A stretch of 64,000 nucleotides of DNA from contig CAJFCJ010000003.1 of NCBI GenBank assembly GCA_904063045.1, positions 1,860,001 through 1,924,000 on the forward strand. The letters run 5' to 3'. A program made the translations under genes and the position numbers. Positions 52,377 to 64,000 of this stretch are shown piece after piece. This DNA is from Dimorphilus gyrociliatus. Taxonomy: Eukaryota; Animalia; Annelida. The first letter of the stretch is position 1. Each line of letters begins with the position of its first letter. The notes beneath the pieces are model-generated. The model made no database searches, was not told the origin of the DNA, and saw only the letters and a list, made by a program, of their open reading frames with translations.

Positions 52377-53105
52377 TCAACTGTCGTCCTCTTGCACATT
52401 GATAATCGGTATTTGCGTTGTTGTTTGCGATGGTTCTTCGGCTGGTTCTTCGCTTGATTTTTGTAATTCAACATACTGTTTTTCCATATTTGCTTCATAC
52501 CAAGCCATCCAAGTTCTCATGTGTTCCCAATCAGTATCACTCTGTAATACAATAAGTCTCTTGCAGATCTATGCATTTTTAATTCTTCATTGTCATTAGG
52601 ATAGATATAAAATATGATAAAATAGGTATATAGTTACCTTTCTCTTAGGGCGTTTATTATTATTGGTAGCTTGTCTCATTTGTTGTTCAAGTTTGGCATA
52701 GAAACTGTCATCATTATGTAGACAAGGTCTCTGTCGCTCTCCTGTCGTCATCTTTTCACGGTCTACCTGCATTGATCGAAATGTTATATCGATTACTTTT
52801 GTCATTCGTCTCTGATACCCTTATTATATCGTCTGCTGTCACTAATGAATGCCTTTTTTCTCGCCAAACTTGCTGATAAACAGGAGCAGCAAAAGGCGTC
52901 GAGTTATTCTGCTCACCTTGCCTCTCTAGTAGGGCTGCTATATAAAATAAAAATACGTTACATATACGACCTTCACCTTTTTGTTTAATAAGATACCTCT
53001 CTGCAAATGCATCTCGCCAGTGAAAACTGATAATGCTCGGCGTCTATTAGACGCCAGAGGAATTTGGGAATCAACGTCAACGTCAGATGTAAGTCTATTA
53101 CCCAT
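52377..53105 (-). CDS. Small uncharacterised four-exon protein with a putative N-myristoylation start (MGNRLT)
   Basis: Three GT-AG introns of about 50-70 nt join track fragments 52938..53171 and 52596..52805 with a last exon ending NVQEDDS-stop; phases are consistent. Confidence 0.6.
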
Positions 53106-53326
53106 AACAGTTCGAAACTTTCTGCGAGCTCCACCGCAACAAGCAACTGCAACGCCGCGTGTCGTGCACAACGTGCACTATTTGCACTTTTTCAGCGATT
53201 TGCTAGATAAGTTGCAAATCGATAGACTAATAGAAATGTTCAAAGTATACTTATTTGGAAACACTATAGCCCAGAAAACATTAATATAAACACTTTCCAA
53301 TTGTTCTCTATTCTATCAGTTCAATA

Positions 53327-55844
53327 ATGTCGACAGCAGCTGAGCGGTTCTTTTCCAGACAGTTTCGAATAGAATTTTTGGCTCTTTTTCATTTGTCATG
53401 GCCATTGGTTCTGAGTATTTATTAATTCCTTGATGTTTTTTCAAAAGTATATCTTTGCAGATTCTAACTTGGCTATGCAATGCTATGATTGCAGCTACGA
53501 GTTTGTTTTTTTGTGGACAATTGGGTCGAGTAGCTCTTGATGCTGTTTCCCTTGCAAACTCCGTATTAAACGGTTAATCATACGTCAAATTTTGTTTATA
53601 AATCTTACTTTTCAATGATAGAATAACGAGCATAATAAATTCTTTTTACTTTCGACCTTAAAAATAGTTACTGGCATATCCGTTGGTATGGGATTGAGTA
53701 CAGCATGCGATACTCTTTTTTCTCAAAGCTATGGCAGTACAAACAAGAAACAAATGGGAGTATTCCTACAAAAAGGTACATCTTAAGTTATAAAAAGATT
53801 AAAAGTTTAATCTATTGCCTATAAGGTATATTAATTTTATTTTTGGCTGCTTTACCTTGTTGGGCAATACATTTAAATACTGAAAACATACTTTTGGCAA
53901 TTGGGCAAGATGGTGAGGTTTCTAGGTATCTTTTAAGATTTATTTTGTGCTCTTTACTTTAATTGCTTACCTTTCCTTATCTCCAACAGGCTTGCTGGAC
54001 GCTACACGCTGATATTTATGCCCGGTTTGTTAGTAAGTTCTCGTTTTCTTTACGATTCTGAAAAATAGGTCAAATTAACGAGAAAAAGTTTTTCACGTAT
54101 AGTTTAACTTCTGTTTCCAAGTCCTTTCGAAATACTTTCAAACTCAAAATGTTGTTTTACCCTTTATATTTATCGGGTTGCTCGGAAATGGAGTAAATGT
54201 TTTGTTACATTATGTTTTGGTTTTCAAAACAACATTGGGAGTCAGGTGGGAGATCATAGCTAATTTTTTTATATTAATTATTATTTATTTTTATTTATCA
54301 AAACCCTAATTATTCTAGCGGTTCTGCAATTGCTCAAGTTTGCGGCCATTTGACATTATTAACATGTACTTTATGTTATGGAGCAAAGTTCCTAAAAACA
54401 AATAGAGAGACTTGGTCATCTTGGTCTTTAGAATGCTTACAAAATTGGGGCTTATTTCTGACCCTTGCCTTTCCTGGCATGCTAATGATTTGTTTGGAGT
54501 GGTGGTGTTTCGAAGTTGGGACAGTTCTATCTGGGACACTCAATACCATTGAATTAGGTGCCCAGTCAATTCTATTTCAAATGGAAGGAATTACTTACAT
54601 GATTCCGACTGGTGTAGGAGTTGCGGCAAGTATCAGAATCGGTCAATATTTAGGGTCTGGAGACCCAAAGGGTGCAAAAACTTCAGCAAGGGCAGCTTTA
54701 GTTATTATTGGTAAATATAAATAGCATCAAATATATATACTTTAGTTTAACATATCTATCAGGTTTTACTGGGGGTCTGATCGCTTTGATATATGGTACA
54801 CTTAGAAATTATATTCCCAGAGCATTCTCCAGAGACAAGTTCGTAAGCCGTAGTATACTTTATCTATGTAGCATTTAGCTGTAAATGATTGTCTATCTTT
54901 TATGGAAATTTCTTTCTTAGAAGCGTTGTTGATAAAGCCGCTGGCGTTTTCCCTATCCTTGCTGCTTTCTGCATATTTGATGGATTAGCGGTAAGATTTT
55001 TAAATGAGACTGATACCGAATAACAAACGCCACCTATAGGCAGTTGGGGGAGGTATTTTGAGAGGCTGTGGACGTCAATCAATTGGTGCAGTCGTAATCT
55101 TTATAGGTTATTATGTGATCTCATTACCGATAGGAGTACCTCTGTTGCTACTGTCCTCTTGGCGAGTTCAAGGTTTCGTGTAGACCTTTTCATTTTTCCC
55201 CTAATCCTTATTTCATTTTCAAAGGCTTATGGCTGGCATATGCCCTTGGGGTACTTATCGAAGCTATAGCTTTCTTGTTGCTTGTACTGACAACAAATTG
55301 GGACTTAGAAAGCGATCATGCTGTCGAAAGAGCAGGAATTAAGAATAATACGGACTTTAAAGGAGAAACAAGCTCTTCCAGCAAAGAAGTGCCATTGACG
55401 GAAGAAAATCTTGAAGTCGAAACCGAGGAAACTCATTTATTGAAACCTGTAAGGAGAAAAATTACTGCAGTCGAGATGGAAAGGAGAACATTGGGCATGA
55501 GACGCAGTTATTCTGGATCGCCTGTAATCGACACTCTTCATGGGAGACGCTTTTCAACTCCTATGCAATCTCCTACCCAGCTCTCGTTCCCGGATAAAAA
55601 ACGTAGATATTCTACTAGGCATATACCTCAAATTCAGGAAAATGTTTTGGAAAAGTTAAATGACAAGAAAACGGACTCTCTGACAAAGCTCTTACTAACT
55701 AGATTTGTTACAGTATTGTTTTGTGTCGGAATTCTTCTTGCTGGAGTGTTAATTAGGGTATTCGTGCATATTGACCAAAATACAGATAGTTTTAACACCA
55801 CTGTAAGTCTTACTAACGCTTTAGAAACAACGACCAGCATATAA
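53327..55844 (+). CDS. Multidrug and toxin extrusion (MATE/SLC47A-like) transporter, intron-rich
   Basis: LDAVSLANS, GLSTACDTLFSQSYG, ICLEWWCFE, ELGAQS, RIGQYLGSGD, IPIGVPL, and an extra C-terminal TM helix. Confidence 0.93.
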
Positions 55845-56477
55845 AGCTTGATTATTATAATACCTGCAGCTTCTTTATATGTTTACGAGAAATTAGAACG
55901 CTTAATATAAAACTTATACTTTGAATTATCAGAGAAAAATTGTAAAACTTTTGATATACTAGATTAGACTTCAGCATTACTGCAAATTTTTTTTAGACAG
56001 AATCAAAATATAGAACTTCTGAAAGACTATTATTTGAGAAAGGTAAGACTCTGTGAACTCTATGATGCACACCGAATAATTTCCCTTTAGTATTGATACA
56101 ATCATATTTTTCTATATGGCTGGTTTTCAGGCTAAAAGTAGTCTCAAAACTTTATATCGTACAAACAATGTTCTAAACAGTATTTGCACTAAGAATATTT
56201 TACTTTTTGATATTTTCACGATGACATCTTATTCATCTATATCGTGATTACACTCAATTAAGTTTATTGCCAGTCTTAGCTCATGTTACGACATTTTAGC
56301 GTATTTTACCATCTAATCGGAAAATTATAATTAGTCTAATTGCAACTTTTTCTTACATTTGAACTATATCTTTACGTCATCATATTGAGATTTTAATGTT
56401 TACAACATAGTTATATTAGTTTAAATCATTACTTGAAAATTGTATTTTACTGAACCTCAACATTTTAAATTTTTGAT

Positions 56478-57013
56478 ATGAGAAACATTTTCTTCTGTTT
56501 ACTTCTAATATTTATAGTCGCAAATGCATATGGTAGACCAATCACTTAATGAATTTTATATAAAATACGAATATAAATGTTTTTTATTTAATACCAGCGA
56601 CTGAACAAGTGGAATGTTTTCAATGTGGAGAAAACTTTAATTATTATACATACAGTAGTATCACTGATTCATCATACCCAACGTGTCCTGCTACTTGGTA
56701 TAAAAACGATAGAATAAATGATTTACCCAAGTGTAAGGGTAGAATATGTGCAAAGAGTATTTTATTTCATGAGACGGACAATTTTACGGCTATCTCTAGA
56801 TATTGTGTCTCAGCAAGTGAAGCAAAGGACAAAGAACAGGAATTAAATGATAAATGTTATCAAAAAGATATTCCTGGTAGAGGTGTGAAGGTTATATGTC
56901 TCTGTTTCACTAGATTGTGTAACATATCTTCTAAATTATCAAATGCATATGTTTCACTTTTAATAATAATTAAGATTTATCAGCTAAATTTTAGGCAAGA
57001 GCTGTTGTTCTAA
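56478..57013 (+). CDS. Ly6/three-finger (quiver/sleepless-like) protein, probably GPI-anchored; intron 56533-56597
   Basis: Signal peptide MRNIFFCLLLIFIVANAY, ECFQC start, CAK, RYC, terminal CLCFTRLCN and a hydrophobic tail. Confidence 0.75.
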
Positions 57014-57270
57014 TGTACATGATCTAAAATATATCCCATTTCATTTATCTCATTCTGAGAATGTGTTTTGAGATATTAATATTTTAAAATAATTCACTAG
57101 ATGGCACCTGGGTAAATAACTATAATTTAATTTCACTCTGTAAATATTTTTTAAAATACAGATCTTGATTAGATATTTCAGATAATTATTATATTAGATA
57201 TGAAATCAAAAAAGAAAGTTCACTTTTTCCGCCATTTTAAATATTTTTATTCCTCAATTATCGGTCAAGC

Positions 57271-57969
57271 ATGTCGTTAGTTCTGTGGAAATACGATAAT
57301 CCAAGAGTTGATTACCGTACAGATGAAATTCATATATCTCTCTTTAACAACAGATTAACATTCTATCAAGACACAAATATTAATATTACACAACGACAGA
57401 ACACGGCATATAAGCTATGGGATGGCTCTTATTTACTAGCCAAATTCTTAGAATCGAAAATCCATTTTGGTTCTTGTTATTGGAAAGCTAAAAATGTCAT
57501 AGAATTAGGATCTGGTTGTGGTCTCGTTAGTCTAGCAGCCTGGTTGCTTGGAGCGAAAGTTATTGCCACTGATTTGCCGCAAGTCTTGTCTCACACTCGC
57601 GCATGCATCACAAAGAACGTTAAATCCATTGCAAGCAATAAATCTCTAAATTGTGACAAGATTTTTGTAGACGATTATACTTGGGGTAAATCAAAGCAGT
57701 TCAAAAGCTTTTCAAATTTTCAGGTTATATTAGCATCAGACGTGATTTATGAAAGAGAAAACTTAAACGACCTCATTCAAGCTTTGAAGGATTTGAGCAA
57801 CAAAGAAACTGCTATCTGGATATCATACAAACCAAGGGGATTAGGAGAGGATGTGTTTTTTGATCTAATAAATAATGACTTTGAAATTAATCACATTAAA
57901 AAATGTGAATTACCACAAGAATTCCAACAATCTCAGTATAAAATAATAAATATGAAAAGAACTTCTTGA
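57271..57969 (+). CDS. Protein-lysine methyltransferase, METTL21 (family 16)-like, intronless
   Basis: LWDGSYLLAKFL, VIELGSGCG, VIATD and ILASDVIY motifs. Confidence 0.88.
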   Translation: MSLVLWKYDNPRVDYRTDEIHISLFNNRLTFYQDTNINITQRQNTAYKLWDGSYLLAKFLESKIHFGSCYWKAKNVIELGSGCGLVSLAAWLLGAKVIATDLPQVLSHTRACITKNVKSIASNKSLNCDKIFVDDYTWGKSKQFKSFSNFQVILASDVIYERENLNDLIQALKDLSNKETAIWISYKPRGLGEDVFFDLINNDFEINHIKKCELPQEFQQSQYKIINMKRTS

Positions 57970-58795
57970 TTAAACTATTTTGTATTTCTTATAACACTGG
58001 CTAGATCCTAAATGATAGTATAGTCAATTTTGAGCATTATGCAAAATGGCATGGTATAAAAATTTTAACAGAAGATTAATTATCACAGCTACTATTAAAC
58101 ATCTGAATAATTTTTCCTGCCTCGAAGTCCTTTTTTCTTCCTACCCGTTCGAGGTCTGTCCATGGGAGGCAATCGATTTTTTGGTTTTCCTTCCATATAT
58201 AAGTCGCCTTGATCATAATAGTTCTCTTGTTGGCTGTCTTCGTATTCCTCTTCTATGTTTGAATAGTGGCTGCTTTTTCGACGAGATGACTTTCTATGAA
58301 ATGATCTGAAGGTTTAAATTTAAGAAAATATTTGAAAGCGTCCAGAAAAGAGTAAAACAATTAATCGCAAAGGAAATTCAGGCAAGTGTGCAATCAATAA
58401 ATTAAATTTCGTTTACAGTCAAATCCTAATTGGAATAAACATTTGAATAAACATTTGAATAAGCTCAACAAGTAAATAAAAATGTGGACTATTAAATTGT
58501 GAAAGTTAAAAAATTCAAGTGCACAGAATCTTACATTCAAATTGAATGAAAAAACTGCACGTTAATAAAGCTATTCTGAAATTTGTAAGTTAAGTTGACC
58601 AAAGTGTTTCAAACTTTTTACATGCCTAGCCAAGCTTTTATCTTTAGTTCTTTACAGATGTCCTGTATAAAATATATTCATGGTTACGTTAATATTGCAG
58701 CAGGGCATAGAAGGCATGCGTTATTAGATCGTCGAATAGAATAAAATTTCAGATTAAGAATATTTAGCTGATAATATAATATCCACCAAATGGTG

Positions 58796-61700
58796 TTAGT
58801 TCAAGCTTGGCATAGCACGACGTTGGCTAGATTTATTATTTTTGCTAAATGTATTGCCTAAATACTTAAAAAATGAAAATAAACAAACCGATTTTTATTG
58901 TCCAATTTTACCAGATCAATTGTTGAAGCTTTGATTCTGTCGTCAAGTGTACTAGGTCTTCGGCTACAATTTAGTTTTACTTTAGCAAAGAACTAAGTTT
59001 TATTAAAGAAATAAAGCTAACTTGTCATTGCTTCCTTGAAGATGGGAATCGTCTGAAGGCGGATTATAATTCTGGCAAATTTCCCTCAAGAGACTCTCTC
59101 TCTCTTCTACAGTTTTGGTACTAAACAGTATGTCTACAACATTGATCAATTCTTGTTTAGAAAATTGACCAAGTTTTACCAAGCCCGCAATAAATTTTAA
59201 TTCCTGCTTTTGAATTTCTTCTTTTCTCTTCAAGTCGTTCTGCCTCTGCATTTCTTCCAAAGTTTGGTCAATTTCTTTCTGAATACGATTTCTAAAATCC
59301 TCCATTTCGGTTAACTGTCTACTTTTTAAGAAGGCTAGTCGAATTTTTGCGCCTAGTGCGTTTTCTGCTCGCCCTTTTTCAATATCTTTTTGTTTTTCAT
59401 GAGAGATAGCTAAAGTTTCTTCCTTTCTTCTCAATCTTTTGTCTAGTTGCTCCCTCAGTCGCTGTCAAAACAAAATATTGGGTTTAAGAATTTCTATATC
59501 GTTGAGTTATTAAGGCTTAATATTGGAAGTGTAAAGTGCAATAATATATCATGCTATATAAAATTGTGACATTCAGTCACACCTCTGTATTGTCTTCAAG
59601 ATAATCTAAGTACGTCTTTTCCCGTCTTTTTACCCGATTTTCTATTTTTTCCCTTAGTGTCTAAATATTAATGATCGCAGAATATATATTGAAATGGATA
59701 TTAAGTATAACTTGAAATGTATGTCTTAAAAATATTGAAAACTGACTTTCTCTTGCTTCTGTCGTTGTTCATCTAGAACATCGTTAATTTTCTGCTGATC
59801 TCTTTGATAATTTTCTATAACCTCTCTACATTTTGGATCTCCAAGAACACCTTTTTCCGATAAATCATCCATTATATTTGCTTTTAAAGTATTAATAGCT
59901 TTCTGTTGTTCTTCCATTTTGGCCATTTCCCTGGCTTTTTTGAACTGCATATCAGCTAACATAGACGCTAGCCTTTCTTCTTGCTCTTTGAGTATAGTGC
60001 TCCTTTCCCTTATCATAGACTCATGGATTGCATCAAGCTCATTTTGCACTTCATCAGCTTCAAGAGCCGAACCTCTTCGCAAAAGCTCCAACTGCTCTTC
60101 CGCCTGTTTTTTCATTAAATCTACTTGCCTACTATCATAATCATCATCATCGTCGTCAGCGTTAGCTTGAAACTTTGCTTCTTCTTGTTTTTGTTTCTTT
60201 TGAAGATTATTTTTTTCCCTTCTGCGTCTATTGGCAATCTTTTCTTGAAGTGCTTGTTGTTGTTGCAATTTTGACAAGGCGATGCTGAAAAATTAATTAC
60301 TTTAAATTGAACAATAACACAATTATTAAAAGACAGACTTATTCTCTATATTAACCATTTGCTTTTCGTGTTCTTGAATTATTTTCTGCCTTTCATCTGC
60401 TGAGAGAGCTATCTGGCCATCGCATAATTTTCGAACTACTTGTTCTTCATACTGCCGAATATCTTCCTCTGTCTGTAATTCTTGCTGTCGCTCTCGTCCG
60501 CGCTCCAGCCTTCTCTTTTCCAATTTTTCTTTTAGCTTCAGTTTTTGCTGATCTCGTTCAGATTCTTTCAGTTCCGAAAACTTTCGTAATTCTTCTTGAT
60601 GTCTTCTTAACAAACGTTCAGCATCTTCTTTATCAAAACCTAATGAATAGAAGTTTTGTTATATAAGCACTTAGTGTTCAGGTTAAGGCTACCTTGGTCA
60701 ACTACATTAGCGGAAGTTCGTAATTTTCTATCTTCAAATTCCTTTCGCGCATCATTCATTAAGTTTTCTCTCAATTTTCCAAATTCTATCGCCTCTTCTT
60801 GATCAATTTCCCACTCAAGATGAGCAATTTCTGCTTTATGACTGGTTATCATATTTTGTCTGACTTTCACGAGTTCAACCGGATCTGGATTGCAGAGATT
60901 TGAAAACTACGATTGCTTATAAGTACGCTCACTTACCGATTGATGCGTCAATCAATTCCTTCTCCTGGCTTTTTTCTAGTTCTTTAATTTCCATGTCTTG
61001 TTTTTTCCTCAGCTCCTCTAATCTTTTTCGTCTTCTGTCCGAGAGTTTCTGTTGAAGATTACCTTCTAATCGATCACGTTCATTTTCAACTTTCGATCTG
61101 AAAATTGTTCATACAAAAAAAGTTACGGTTTGCTTGAAGATTTTACTTGATTTTCTTAGAATCTTCATTTATTTCTTTTATCATCTCTCTTGCGGTATCA
61201 GGAGACAAGATCCTACAACAAGATATTTTCAGTTTTTGCATTAATATAATTTTAGAATTTTACTTTCTGCTTTCTTTTACAATTTGAATTTCTTGCTTTC
61301 GAATTTTAGATAAAACCTCAGCATCTTCGACATCCCTGTTTTCCTAAGTTTTTTGAAGGATTAAGGTATAATTTCTTATTAAAAGCTTTGAAAACTTACG
61401 GCTAATTGAAGAAGCATTTTTCGCCGGTTAAGTTTTTCTTCAAGGATAAATTTTTGCTTAGATAACTGTTCGTCAAATGTACGATCCAATTCAAGCTGAT
61501 TCTCGCGATGCTTGCCTAATATCCACTCCAGTTGTTCGTTTGAAATATGATTATCTTGCTTTAAATCTTGGAATAAATTCTGTTGTTGTTCTTTTAGGGC
61601 AATTCTTGCTCGTAATACGTTTTCCTATAGTACATAAATTTTCATAAAAAATATTACCCTACTTATTTATTATCAACCTTTCGTATTCTTTCAACAGCAA

Positions 61701-64000
61701 CATCGATATCTAAATTTAATTTAAATTGTAATTCCAAAATTTCTTTCTTATGCCTTTCAATCATGAGGTTTCGAAGCTCCCTTCTGTCCTCTTCTGGTAA
61801 GTTCTGCCACTTTTCTTCCATCGCATTTTCTTCCCTTTTGTGCTTATCTATCAATAACTGTTCCTGTGCCTGAAGGTATTTCTTTGAATTACATGTTTAT
61901 TCATTAAGCAACTTTTTACAAACCCTGTTTTCAACTGCTATCGGTTTAACAACTTTGATAACATCCATTTCGTATTCTTTAAACATATTGTTATTAAAAT
62001 TCCGGACATTTCTTTCAAATTTTTGCATATACTGCTGTTGGATTTTTGGTGAGATATCTTTATTCTTTTGCAACGAGTATAACATTGACTTGGTTGAGTC
62101 TATTGCTGCTTTATTTCTTTCTTCTTCTATTTGAACTTCTAAAACTCTTGCTTCTGCAATTTCGTATTCTTGCTCACAGTTGTTCATGGATAAGCTGTCT
62201 TTGATGCACAAAAAGAAATTTACTCCTTGTCCAAGTACAGAAGATCTAGAGATATGAATTTACATTAAAATATTTTCTCTATTATTAATTGGATACTCAC
62301 GCTAAACCCTTTGCTTTTGAAAAAATGTTTGAGAGAAGATGGTCATTTTTCAAGTTTTCAAAATTTCTCTCATTCTAAAATAGATTAACGTATTTTTCAA
62401 TATTATATATAATATTTATTAATATACAGTATATATAATTAGATATGCAATTTCAGAAATTTCTTATTTTGAATCAAGATTAACACACAAATCATCATGT
62501 TACCTCGTGTAAAAGAATTCGCTGTAGTACGAAATGTTTCATGTAATTCTTATTTTTGTTGTTTTTCATTACATAAGATATTTTGGAACTGTTTAAAATG
62601 TCCTACTTTCTACCATAAAAAATAGCATTTGAAGAATGGCTTTAAATTATTATTTTTTTACTAATCTTTTATCTGAATATACTTACAACCCAAAAAAACT
62701 TCAAGAATAGGATTAAACTTACGTCTACAGCACTTTCTGGTCTGATGAGACCCCCTGGTAGTGTATTTCTACACTTTTTATAGATAAATAGCGCTAGGAT
62801 GATCAACAATGCACCAACAATCAAACCAACCAGGAGCATAACAACGGTTACAGCATGGTCAGTAAATAGCTATTTAAAAAAAGAGCAAGTAAAAGATATG
62901 TTTCTCATGTTAAGGATACCGACATCTGAAGTTTCAATATTAACTTTTTCGATGCATGTCGAGGCTTGGAGAGCTCCATAGCGATAAGCATTATTCTGTT
63001 CAAATATTATTTTATTGCAGTAAATAGTGTGAGTAAGATTATACATACACCTCCTGTAGAATTATAATAGATTGTGGAATTAATTCTTGTGATCCCATTT
63101 GCCAGATCTTTACCCTCATTTTTCGGTTGGGCTTTAAATGACAACTCTAGCTGATTTCCCAAAGCTGTAAATCAAGTCATTTTTATAATAACTAACATTT
63201 TTTAAATCATACTTTAAAACATACGCAAGTTTTCAATAGATAAGATAAAGGCAGTCACGACTCCTGATGACTGTTCTAACGCTCCAGTAGGATTGACAAT
63301 AAAGCGATCCGAAAAAACTATGAGAGACGAGTGACCATCTCTTAGCTCAATAAATTGTGCATCTCCCGTTGATGTTGATGTATGCTCAACAGTAAGATTA
63401 ACACGAATAGTGTTAGGAAATGTTTGGGTGTCTATAACCTCAATTGTTTTATTCACAATCTGAAGACTAGGCTGTACAACCAAACCAGATCTACTAGCTA
63501 GGGGTGCTGAGTTTGAGTTGTAAGAAAAAAGAGCATTCCCTGAAATTGTTCCTCCAGGTAGGACATTCTGAGCAGCTACAAAGGTTGCTCTAAACTCTGC
63601 TTCAGCAGGAGTAGCTGGTGATGTAGAGGGATTAACAAAACTACCCATATCTCTTGTAAATTCTTTCGTTACGGTTAGAGCCCTTTTTCTGCGACGGTTG
63701 AAGATTTTTGATTCTGTGAATCCTGTTCCATCCACGACGAGTGGTTTTGCGTTTGTAGTATTAATGTAAGAAGGTAAATCGAGGGAACTGTTTATAAACT
63801 TGACCGGTGTATCAGGATAGGAAGATGTTGAAAAAGCTGTGGAAAGATAACATGTGAAACAAATATGTAATTAAGAAACAATTATTACAAGCAGTGAATT
63901 TAAAGTTGTTCAAAGATCCCCTCGGAATTTTAAACTTTTTTACAATTGTATGAGTCAAGCCCAATGGATAAACGGATGGTAAATCTACATCTGATGGAAG
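58796..64000 (-). CDS. EVC2/limbin-like type I membrane protein (beta-sandwich ectodomain, TM, long cytoplasmic coiled coil), 5'-partial, multi-exon
   Basis: Ectodomain NLTVEHT..T......L.D and DLANG resemble human EVC2 as I remember it. TM AVTVVMLLVGLIVGALLIILALFIY near 62780-62860, about 3.5 kb of coiled-coil exons, and TIDL near the C-terminus. The 3' end is ambiguous (58796, 58858 or 59003). Confidence 0.65.

Noticed and set aside
7508-57013. Channel-related genes (slo, DPP6/10-like, quiver-like) and several pseudoenzymes in one window as a functional cluster
   Set aside because: They are tens of kb apart, interleaved with unrelated genes, and share no visible regulatory or evolutionary link.
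58433-58462. 12-bp tandem duplication GAATAAACATTT (2.5 copies)
   Set aside because: Ordinary slippage repeat in intergenic or UTR sequence; no spacers, so not CRISPR-like.
62905-62920. GTATCCTT as a minor-spliceosome (U12) intron donor
   Set aside because: No U12 branch site near a downstream acceptor, and it breaks frame with the nearest acceptor.
1-64000. Transposons, tRNA/rRNA genes, CRISPR arrays
   Set aside because: No transposase or reverse transcriptase ORFs, terminal repeats, cloverleaf boxes or repeat-spacer arrays were seen by eye; small or decayed elements could have been missed.

Overview
AT-rich eukaryotic DNA from a compact animal genome: about 24 protein-coding genes in 64 kb, GT-AG introns mostly 45-60 nt, and very short intergenic gaps. 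The gene set and intron sizes suggest a miniaturised invertebrate, probably a lophotrochozoan; Dimorphilus-like is my inference, not a result. In order: an uncharacterised low-complexity protein (two track ORFs joined by an intron), an intronless bacterial-type sirtuin with a degenerate active site, an M14 carboxypeptidase, slowpoke/KCNMA1, neuralized, CISD3-like, CCDC30-like, C1orf52-like, HSF, an SRCR/C-type-lectin membrane protein, a dead DPP6/10-like peptidase, PASK, BBS1, an LBR-like protein, TAB1, GABPA, CCDC149, UNG, an atypical P450, a myristoylated orphan, a MATE transporter, a Ly6/quiver-like protein, a METTL21-like methyltransferase and an EVC2/limbin-like protein running off the window end. 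I saw no RNA genes, CRISPR arrays or transposons. The strongest leads are the His-to-Asn, zinc-less sirtuin, the EVC2-like protein (pilin/DUF11-like ectodomain and a splice-dependent FV tail), the P450 lacking the I-helix Thr, and a recurrent NRF1-type promoter motif plus an ETS/YY1 cluster at GABPA. All exon boundaries were read by eye and all family assignments come from remembered motifs, not database searches.
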